Position numbers and translations under genes: made by a program
The notes under the pieces: model-generated
Databases searched by the model: none
Told to the model about the DNA's origin: nothing
The model's input: only the letters and a program-made list of their open reading frames with translations
NCBI GenBank assembly: GCA_031316235.1
Contig: JALDRA010000001.1
Coordinates: 120,001-152,000 of the forward strand
Direction of reading: 5' to 3'
Length of the DNA: 32,000 nucleotides
From: Candidatus Scalindua sp.
GTDB taxonomy: Bacteria > Planctomycetota > Brocadiia > Brocadiales > Scalinduaceae
In this document: in pieces, positions 10,354-17,533 of the stretch
Position numbering within the stretch: the first letter of the stretch is position 1
Layout of the letters: the number at the start of each line of letters is the position of its first letter

Positions 10354-11226
10354 TCACGTATCCAAAACAATATTATCTATCAACCTTGTACTCCCTATCC
10401 AAACTGCTACTGCTGCAACAGTCTTTCCCGTGATCTCAGTCTTCTCCCGTAATGAGTCGGAATCCACGAGAGAGATATAATCAATTCTCGCATCTTTTAC
10501 CGCATCAATAATATTTTCCATCTCATTGACGATTTTTCTCACTTCCCTCTCATTGGCCGCTACCAGGGACTTTGCCTTTAACAATGCCTCGTAAAGACAG
10601 CGTGCATCAAGACGTTCTTCCGCGCTTAAGTGCTTATTCCTGGAACTCAAGGCAAGGCCGTCTTTATCACGAACAATAGGAAGTACTTTGATATCCATAT
10701 CCATATTCAAGTCCTGAACCAGCCGCTTGATAATCACACTTTGCTGATAATCTTTTTGCCCAAAATAGGCCTTGTCTGGCTTGATTATGTTAAAAAGCTT
10801 GGTTACAATGGTAGTAACACCCTTGAAATGTCCGGGTCTCATCTTGCCGCAGAGTCTATTCGTAAGTTTTTCCTGTTCAACATATGTACAAAATCCTTCC
10901 GGATAGATCTCCTCCCTGCAAGGCGTAAAAACAATATCCACATCTTCATTTCGGCTAATTTCAATGTCGGTTTCCAACTGATGCGGATAGTTTGCCAGGT
11001 CATCTTCCCTCTCAAATTGAATTGGATTTACAAAGATGCTGACGATGAGCTTGTCGCACTCATTTCTTGCACTCCGCATAAGACTCAGGTGTCCTTCGTG
11101 CAGTGCACCCATCGTAGGCACAAAACCGATGGAACACCCCTCAGCTTTCACCGCATTTATCATTAATTGCATTGTATTAATGCTGCGAACTACATCCATA
11201 CACGAATACCAAACTGCAAAGTGCAC
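10354..11226 (-). CDS. panC: Pantoate--beta-alanine ligase
   Basis: It has GFVPTMGALHEGHLSLM (HxGH-type nucleotidyl-transferase motif), FVNPIQF and YFGQKDYQQ. The start is probably internal (M10, 11199), which gives the usual spacing to the PTMG motif. Confidence 0.9.
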   Translation of the reverse strand: MHFAVWYSCMDVVRSINTMQLMINAVKAEGCSIGFVPTMGALHEGHLSLMRSARNECDKLIVSIFVNPIQFEREDDLANYPHQLETDIEISRNEDVDIVFTPCREEIYPEGFCTYVEQEKLTNRLCGKMRPGHFKGVTTIVTKLFNIIKPDKAYFGQKDYQQSVIIKRLVQDLNMDMDIKVLPIVRDKDGLALSSRNKHLSAEERLDARCLYEALLKAKSLVAANEREVRKIVNEMENIIDAVKDARIDYISLVDSDSLREKTEITGKTVAAVAVWIGSTRLIDNIVLDT

Positions 11227-11304
11227 AAAACTTCGAAGCGTTAAGAGAATGCAAAAAAAAGATCATAACAGCTTTGTGTGAGTTATAAATTTAACACGAT
11301 TGTA

Positions 11305-11422
11305 TCTATACTAAAACCGATTTGGTTTTCGGTTTTACCGGAAATCAAATCTTGGTGAAGGTATACTCGCTCAATTTTGTCTCGGATTTTATCCGAAAAC
11401 CATTATAATAAGATGAGTATAC
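11305..11422 (+). repeat. Intergenic hairpin repeat, copy 3 (subfamily A, with an internal ~25-nt deletion)
   Basis: The sequence is TATACTAAAACCGATTTGGTTTTCGGTTTTACCGGAAATCAAATCTTGGTGAAGGTAT|ACTCGCTCAATTTTGTCTCGGATTTTATCCGAAAACC..GATGAGTATAC. It lacks the CCCCGGACAAAAAGCGCCGAGGACTT module present in copy 31184. Confidence 0.85.
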
Positions 11423-11507
11423 ATGGGAAGAAATTGTAAAAAGAGAATCGTATCAACAACACAATTTTTTGTCAAGCTTTCCCTAAGGGGGTATGCAGCG
11501 ATATGAA

Positions 11508-11652
11508 GATATACGAAAACCGATATGGTTTTAGATTTTTCTAAAAACTAAAGCCTGGTTGCTGATATCCCCGGACAGAAAGGCGCCGAGGACCAGTACC
11601 CGCTCCGTTTTTTCCCGGATTGTATCCGTAAACCATTAAAAGATGAGTATAC
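11508..11652 (+). repeat. Intergenic hairpin repeat, copy 4 (subfamily B)
   Basis: The sequence is GATATACGAAAACCGATATGGTTTTAGATTTTTCTAAAAACTAAAGCCTGGTTGCTGATATCCCCGGACAGAAAGGCGCCGAGGAC...CCCGGATTGTATCCGTAAACC..GATGAGTATAC. It lies about 85 nt from copy 3 in the same orientation. Confidence 0.85.
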
Positions 11653-11865
11653 GTTACATTAGGATTGTATGACATTATAGTCTTTATCAGCGTAATGTAC
11701 GGTTCGTAACAATTTTTTCTGTTATGTCTTACCTCCCCCTAAATCCCCATCCCAAGGGGGAATTCAATTGGTGGAGAGCCCAAATTTAATTACATATCCA
11801 TTTTAATTGAGTCGGTTATCCTGATCAAATGATAGCAGACAGATTTTCAGTAAACCCTGAATACC

Positions 11866-11906
11866 AAAAAAGGCGATTACCGTCTCGGAAACGACGGTAA
11901 TCGCCT
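11866..11906 (-). terminator. Rho-independent terminator downstream of the porin gene
   Basis: Perfect 13-bp stem: GGCGATTACCGTC (11872-11884) pairs with GACGGTAATCGCC (11893-11905), with an 8-nt loop. On the minus strand it is followed by a run of 6 T (plus-strand A run 11866-11871). It lies about 90 nt after the stop at 11994. Confidence 0.65.
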
Positions 11907-11993
11907 TGCAATTCACCATACCGATAAATCCAACCCTCTCGACAGGTATACAAACTGGTCTTCGTTCAGGCTGAATCAATCCTGTTAACCGTA

Positions 11994-13559
11994 CTAAAAA
12001 ACGTATTCAACACCTAATCCTGCAATATGTGCATCCTTATCTAACCCATCTGTATCAGCATGACCTCTTGCAGTACCAACGGAATCTTTGTTGAAATGGA
12101 TATACCGGTATTCAGGCCTGAGCAGGAGATTTTCGTGCAGCTTTATATTCAATGTTGCGGTAAAGTCCCACATTGTCTGGCCGAAAAATCTCAAACCGTC
12201 AGCATCATCAAAATACTCCCATCTTGTTGCAAGCTGATACTGGTCAGTAAAGTCGTAGATGGCATACGCTGCGGCTCCCCACCAATGGGCATTACTTTTA
12301 CCCACTACGGTAGAAGTGGTCACCTCCTCATGTGTATGTCCATCACCGGTGGAAACAACTTCTGTAGTATCTATAGTATTAGCCTTACCATCCTCCACCA
12401 TACCATAATCGACGTTCAGCATCAATTTCAGCTTGTCCACGGGCGTCTGCCATGAAACGATAAAATCTACCATCTGTGTAAGTCCGCCATTCGTATCTTC
12501 ACGCTGGTCGGTAGGTGCTCTCCCGGATCGCTGTTCCCAACCCTCGTTTCCATGGATCCCTCCTAAAGAGACGAACCAGTTTTCATTCGGCTCATAGGAA
12601 AGATACCACCCGAATGACTTTGACTCGTTGTTATCAATATTCGAATCCCACCCGTTTACGCCGTAAAGTTTCATGGTCATACCTTCCGGCATATAGTTTG
12701 ACAGATCCATGCTGATACCCGTATGGGTAAACGGTATCGCGTTATTATAGAGGATACCGTGCTGGTAATTGGGGTTACCGATGTTCTCTACCAGCTCCAG
12801 GCCTATCCAGGTGTACATCTTACCCATCGTAAAGGTGATACCTTTTCCGATTGGCGCTTCCCAGGAGATATTGGCAGCAGATACGGTAAAGATATCGTCC
12901 CTGTCTACATCATTTGTACCGTGCAGGCCTGATTTTTCACCATAAAAGGTAATCCTCTTTGCAAACTCACCCCAGTAGGTATGTACCTGCCATCCGATTG
13001 GGTGTTCGTCCGTAACCTGTTTGTCAAAAAAGAGTGCAAAGCTTTGGAACGTAAAGGAGTCATTCTCATTCTCGCCGATAAAGTTGACACCGCCGTCAGC
13101 ACCGGTGGTAAGAGAATTCTGCCTTTGCGCCGTATCACCATGAAGGTCAAAGTTATACATGTAGTTGACATCAACAAATCCGCTCAAGGTGACATCCTTG
13201 AAGGCACTCAGAAACGGAGACTCCTCAGCCCACTTCGCTATTTCTGATCGAATAGAAGAAGTCTGTGCACTCTTTGACTGCTCAATGATCTCACTCCTCA
13301 GCTCTTCTCTGAAACCAATAGATGCCTCCCGGGCAGCCCTCTGAGCATCAGCCCTTGTCTCGACCGCTACCTCCTTCAGCATCTCCTGCCTGATCTCTTC
13401 CAGTAATTCAGCCTTTAACTCTTCTTTCAACTCCGCCTTCATTCTTTCTCTGCTTGTCTCTTGTGCAAACGTTACGCTTCCGAGCGATAAAACCAGCACA
13501 GCAAATAACGGCAGGTACAACATAATTTTCCTCTTCATATAACACTCCTCCCCATTCAC
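11994..13559 (-). CDS. Outer-membrane beta-barrel porin-like protein with an N-terminal coiled-coil segment
   Basis: The signal peptide is KRKIMLYLPLFAVLVLSLGSVTFAQE (likely start M8, 13538). About 70 aa of Glu/Lys heptad-like sequence follows (ELKEELKAELLEEIRQEMLKE). After that come alternating aromatic/Gly-rich strands. The C-terminus is GLGVEYVF, with the terminal Phe typical of BAM-dependent barrels. The family assignment (OmpL-like/bbp2-type) is a guess. Confidence 0.6.
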   Translation of the reverse strand: MNGEECYMKRKIMLYLPLFAVLVLSLGSVTFAQETSRERMKAELKEELKAELLEEIRQEMLKEVAVETRADAQRAAREASIGFREELRSEIIEQSKSAQTSSIRSEIAKWAEESPFLSAFKDVTLSGFVDVNYMYNFDLHGDTAQRQNSLTTGADGGVNFIGENENDSFTFQSFALFFDKQVTDEHPIGWQVHTYWGEFAKRITFYGEKSGLHGTNDVDRDDIFTVSAANISWEAPIGKGITFTMGKMYTWIGLELVENIGNPNYQHGILYNNAIPFTHTGISMDLSNYMPEGMTMKLYGVNGWDSNIDNNESKSFGWYLSYEPNENWFVSLGGIHGNEGWEQRSGRAPTDQREDTNGGLTQMVDFIVSWQTPVDKLKLMLNVDYGMVEDGKANTIDTTEVVSTGDGHTHEEVTTSTVVGKSNAHWWGAAAYAIYDFTDQYQLATRWEYFDDADGLRFFGQTMWDFTATLNIKLHENLLLRPEYRYIHFNKDSVGTARGHADTDGLDKDAHIAGLGVEYVF

Positions 13560-13838
13560 TAAAAAAATAAACTAAAAAACTTCAGGATGATAATACATGC
13601 GAGTTGTGGGTGACACGTATTTCCCCCCAATAGTACCGAGCAAAGCCCGCACACAAAAATTAAGAGACCTGTCGAATGTGCAGAAAACCAATGGGCATCA
13701 ATTTCTCACCATCAATTCAAGTTATTTGACGGAATAAAATCAGCCACTCTTTCACACACATCGCATTCAAGACAATTATGATAAAAGTCAGCGTTGTCCG
13801 GTTAGGTTTTTGCATGATTTATTTATTGTTCCAAAGCC

Positions 13839-13916
13839 GTCATTCCCGCATGTTTTTAGCGGGAATCCAGGATGAACGAGACCCTCTGGATACCCGATAA
13901 AAGCACTCGGGTACGA
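13839..13916. repeat. Double-hairpin small repeat of the GTCATTCCCGC...GCGGGAATCCAG type
   Basis: The sequence is GTCATTCCCGCatgtttttaGCGGGAATCCAGgatgaacgagaccCTCTGGATACCCGAtaaaagcacTCGGGTACGAC. It contains two stem-loops plus a CCAG/CTGG pair. The left half is a motif I recognise as a widespread short intergenic repeat in environmental bacteria. There is only one copy in this window. Confidence 0.5.
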
Positions 13917-14053
13917 CAAAAGCCGCACGTGCAAATTCCTAACCGGAAGCTATTGGATAAAAGTGAATTTTTTTATGAAAATTTACCCCTGTTCATGCCT
14001 ATCATAAACTTAAAAAAATAGACCTTCTCAACCACCGTGGCCATGTTTCAGAC

Positions 14054-14143
14054 AAAGACAAGGCATCGGCAAACAGCTTATCGGACTTTAGGAGAGGTAA
14101 AAGCGCCCTTTTAAGACTATCAAAAGCCGAATGCCTTGTCTTT
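14054..14143. repeat. Long-range inverted repeat (about 17 bp arms, about 55-nt spacer)
   Basis: AAAGACAAGGCATCGGC (14054-14070) is complementary to GCCGAATGCCTTGTCTTT (14126-14143). This gives 13 perfect bp, then 4 more across a 1-nt bulge. A third partial copy, AGAATGCCTTGTT, lies near 14328-14340. Confidence 0.5.
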
Positions 14144-15027
14144 ACACCGAACGCAGGCAATCTGGCAGAAATAAAAACTCAGAGTAACTTTACACCCAAA
14201 ACAAGCAATAATGATACCAAAAAATATTCATTAAGGGATTGATCAGGAACTCGTTGATCTCTGGAAGCAATTTTCCAATAAAAAGAGTCTGTATTGAGAG
14301 GACCAATCCGTCACAAGCCCTTAAATCAGAATGCCTTGTTACTATTAATTGGTATATACGTGAACCATCAAGGTTTCAGTTTATCCCGGAAAACTTTCTC
14401 ATGTCCCCCAGGATTGCACTCACACAGCCGATTCATCGAACAGGCACAAAAACGGTAGATACCAGCCAATACCGGAGCAACGGATAACACTTGATCTTCT
14501 TTCTTATAACTGATGCTGGTCACCAGCGAATCCTAAGTCCCTGATATAAAACACGTACGATAATTTAGCGAATCATGAGACTTCCGGAAAGCACTTCTAT
14601 CCCTGAAGGAAATACTTCACCCCCCGAATAATTGAGCAATTGAACCATTTGCTGAAAAATCCCAGGGAGGCTGACGAGAGTGCTTCCCATCACTCTTCAT
14701 GATTTTGCGCTTAAGACCTCTGGGTAAACCAGCCCCCTCACCGGCAAACCGGTGAAAGCAGGCACGGGATATTTCCCCAGTAAAAGTAATTTGGGATATA
14801 GTGAACGCTGGAATCTGTACATGTGATGATTAAGAAGTACTGCAAATTCGCTTTTGCAGATTTTAAAAGCTGCAGATCAAGATATAAATTGGGGTTAACA
14901 AAAAGCCGATAAAAAGGGATTTACGCGAAAACAATTATCGTGGCTATGCATAAGCTAATAATAAGATTGTCTCATCCATCCTCGCTTAACAAGTTAAAAG
15001 CAGGATTACTTCGCCCATACAGGTAAG

Positions 15028-15408
15028 TTAATGAATTTCGTCACTTTCCAACTCTTTTTCACTCGGGTCACCCAGATGTTTATCACCAGAATGGATGTGT
15101 ATTGAATCTTCCAGAGGTAATACATAAATTCTCCCATCACCCCCCTTATCGGTTTTCGCGACATTTCTGATTATCTCAATCACCTTTTTCAGCTTATCGT
15201 CCGGTACAACGAATTCAAGCTCTTCCCTCTTCAGGGCATCAACCCTTTGCTCATAAACCCTTCCCCGATATACCTGCGTGATTGTTTTTTTCTGTTCTCC
15301 GAAACCCATTGTCTGGTTTGCGGTGATCCCATGATAACCCAAACCGTAGAGTACATCTTTGAGTTCATAAGTCTTTTCCGGCCTTAAGATAACCTTGACA
15401 AGCTTCAT
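15028..15408 (-). CDS. Divergent P-II (GlnB/GlnK) family signal-transduction protein with a C-terminal acidic/His extension
   Basis: 126 aa. The sequence MKLVKVILRPEKTYELKDVLYGLGYHGITANQTMGFGEQKKTITQVYRGRVYEQ...TDKGGDGRIYVLPLEDSIHIHSGD aligns over its full length to P-II. The T-loop is 1 residue longer with the Tyr retained, and the B-loop has GDGRIY for GDGKIF. There is about 14 extra aa at the C-terminus (PSEKELESDEIH). No adjacent amt gene is present. Confidence 0.75.
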   Translation of the reverse strand: MKLVKVILRPEKTYELKDVLYGLGYHGITANQTMGFGEQKKTITQVYRGRVYEQRVDALKREELEFVVPDDKLKKVIEIIRNVAKTDKGGDGRIYVLPLEDSIHIHSGDKHLGDPSEKELESDEIH

Positions 15409-15681
15409 ATCTGTATATCCCCTTTTTCAGCTATGGAAAAAAATAAAACGCATCAACTCCACCTGGAATAGCACCACCAAGCGGAGTATCCATGCATACA
15501 ACGCTGCAGTCCCCTCTCCTTTACACAAAAAAAAAACAGCTTGCTGCGCTATAGTAACTGGCAGCCTTAAATCACTAAACTATATTTCCAAGATAATGTC
15601 AATTGAAAACCAAGGTTTTACCTCTTGCCCGTTTCCTCCATCGTCTGCCTCAATCAACCTCAGCACAATCCCCGCTTAAAG

Positions 15682-16812
15682 TCATTGAACATCCAGAATA
15701 TCCACATCATCAAGCTTGTACGGGGCCATAAACCCTCCAGGAGAGACCAGCCTGCCGCTATACGTTATAACGTCACCCATTACCAGATTCATCATTTTTT
15801 GTTTTTTTGTCCAATCAACTCTCAACTGAACATCTATTGAATTATCCTTGTGCCTGATCCCGATTTTATTCCAGTCGTAAACGGCAATTCCTTTATAACC
15901 AATTTCACCTGTCCATTTCACATATTTCCCTTCGAACCGGTCATTCCACACCCTCTTTCTTTCCGATCTTCCAAGCGAACCTCTTCTTCCAAACAAATTA
16001 TCAAATTCCTGAAATGAGATATCCAAGACGGCAACCTCTTCCCTCTTTCCATCCGTTAAACCATCTTTACGAGGAATTTCACCCTGAAAAGGGATGAGGG
16101 GTGAACCATCAGTCAAAATTCCCTTCATGCCTGCAGCAGGTTCTTCCGATCTGATATTTTCGGGCAGGTTGATGGCTGATAGCCCTGCTTCCCTGGCTGC
16201 CCGGTTTATGGTATCAGCCTTTGCCCCCAAAGATTCCGCATCCTCTTGCCTCTGCTCTTTTTTTACCAGGCACTTTCCATATAACGAGTCAAACTCTTCC
16301 TGAAATTTTTTTATGACATCTGGATCATCAATAAAAAGAGCATTCTCATAATTAAACTTTTCTGAGTATTCAGACCAGCGGTAAGACCCGGTGACAACTA
16401 TCCCGGAGTCGAAGAGAGCAAAACTGTTATTCATGTCACCTCCGATTTTTCCTTTGAGGAATTGCACAGGGAAACCTTCATCCTGCAGAAATTCAACTAC
16501 CGGCTGGTATTTATTCTTTTGTTTATAATCGAGAATAATCCTTACCTCAACCCCTCTCTCCCTTGCCTCATAAAGAGCCTCTGCTATTTCTCCCGCACTG
16601 AACGTGAGGAGTGCAATATCGATCGATTTTTCTGAGGCATTGATAACCTTGATAATATTGTCCCGGATAAATCCGTCAGGAGAAAAAAAGACCTCAGTCT
16701 TCGCAGAGAGGGTGCCTGCAAAACATATGACAATGCAGAGGCACTTCCCCAGCGAGCTGAGTCGTGCTGCAATTTCAGGTGCAAATCTGATACTTTCGCA
16801 AATATAAAGCAT
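15682..16812 (-). CDS. Secreted PLD/Nuc-like domain protein with a degenerate HKD motif and a C-terminal OB-fold-like domain
   Basis: The N-terminal half aligns with Nuc-type single-HKD phospholipase-D-family nucleases (FFSPDG...SIDIALLTFS...RGVEVRIILD...VVTGSYRWSE..NYENALFIDD). The H-x-K-x4-D position reads N-N-S-F-A-L-F-D (16408-16431). The start is placed at ATG 16812, preceded by GAGGGGAG about 10 nt upstream. The tracked ORF extends to 16926. A hydrophobic signal-like segment is present (CLCIVICFAGTLSA). The last ~110 aa show the F.GKYV.W.G.I....V.L.......L..GDVIT..G.L pattern of tRNA_anti-like OB folds; this is an inference. Confidence 0.7.
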   Translation of the reverse strand: MLYICESIRFAPEIAARLSSLGKCLCIVICFAGTLSAKTEVFFSPDGFIRDNIIKVINASEKSIDIALLTFSAGEIAEALYEARERGVEVRIILDYKQKNKYQPVVEFLQDEGFPVQFLKGKIGGDMNNSFALFDSGIVVTGSYRWSEYSEKFNYENALFIDDPDVIKKFQEEFDSLYGKCLVKKEQRQEDAESLGAKADTINRAAREAGLSAINLPENIRSEEPAAGMKGILTDGSPLIPFQGEIPRKDGLTDGKREEVAVLDISFQEFDNLFGRRGSLGRSERKRVWNDRFEGKYVKWTGEIGYKGIAVYDWNKIGIRHKDNSIDVQLRVDWTKKQKMMNLVMGDVITYSGRLVSPGGFMAPYKLDDVDILDVQ

Positions 16813-17203
16813 AGTAAAATAACTCCCCTCTTGTGTCACAATTAATGTCAAAAAACTTACAAGAACATAAAAAATATGGCTGAAATCTGGCAATGAACGG
16901 TCTGCAGGTTTAAACAGACTCGGCAAATTTCAGCTCCTTGAAAAAAAAAGAACTCTACCGAAGTATTATCACGCATACAGAACGAACAGTTTTTCTTTTC
17001 ACCAACTTAAGCAACCAATTTACAAAAACTTAAGCAATTTTTGCCAGACAGATCCTATTCGATACCGTATCATTTCAATGGTCTCAGGAACTCCTTTATA
17101 CCTGGTAATTGCTCTTTAACTTTATCTTTTGGCATTAACCTTGCGAAATTAATGACTCTTAAAGTAACGTGACAGAAAAACAGAGGAGATTTTCCCGGAT
17201 TTC

Positions 17204-17524
17204 TTAATTACCTTTAACGAGACGATTTGCAAGATCTGTGGGAAGCTTTGCTTTCAATATCTTAGCCTTCGTCGCTTCGGTATTATACGCTGAGCGTTTG
17301 AGGCAGATCTTTTTAAGGACAGTGTCATAAATCATATATGACGCCTTTCCATTCTTTAGAAAATTGATGATGGTGCACCACTCGTTCGGATTTGCACCAT
17401 AACCAACGATATCTCCAGGGATCAAAAAGGTATCAATCTTCTCATTAGTGTTGAGTATGTCTAAAAAAACGGCTGCCAGGGCCTCCAAATTACTATGTAT
17501 GTCTGAAAAAATAGCAAATTTCAT
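17204..17524 (-). CDS. Metallophosphoesterase N-terminal fragment (truncated, possibly a pseudogene)
   Basis: 106 aa. It has MKFAIFSDIHSN (DxH motif) and PGDIVGYGANPNE (GD motif). The ORF ends at ...LVKGN-stop, inside the GNH(D/E) motif. The downstream 277 nt (16927-17203) show no continuation of the fold in any frame that I could translate. It starts 9 nt after the kinase-like gene stop. Confidence 0.55.
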   Translation of the reverse strand: MKFAIFSDIHSNLEALAAVFLDILNTNEKIDTFLIPGDIVGYGANPNEWCTIINFLKNGKASYMIYDTVLKKICLKRSAYNTEATKAKILKAKLPTDLANRLVKGN

Positions 17525-17533
17525 TTTTAACCC

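Noticed and set aside
10630-11166. 178-aa ORF antisense to panC. Similar long antisense or out-of-frame ORFs include 19719..20150 and 20248..20727 (amt/glnK), 24958..25338 and 23918..24322 (fusion gene), 6019..6501 (pcm), 12060..12455 (porin) and 4433..5000 (efp/hemW).
   Set aside because: Each lies wholly within a gene that has strong family motifs on the other strand or frame. Their translations are low-complexity or Ser/Pro/Cys-rich with no motifs.
14239-14487. 82-aa ORF (TTG start) in the large gap, and a ~50-aa Cys-containing ORF on the opposite strand (about 14372-14525).
   Set aside because: Neither has a Shine-Dalgarno, a canonical start or a recognisable motif. Their composition is unremarkable, and they are most likely chance ORFs.
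13560-15027. Idea that the 1.47-kb gap is a decayed amt gene, since the size fits and it lies next to a P-II gene.
   Set aside because: I could not find remnants of Amt signature motifs (DFAGS..VH, GWFGFN, VHG..G) in the frames I translated by hand. It stays an open question in the findings and is not a call.
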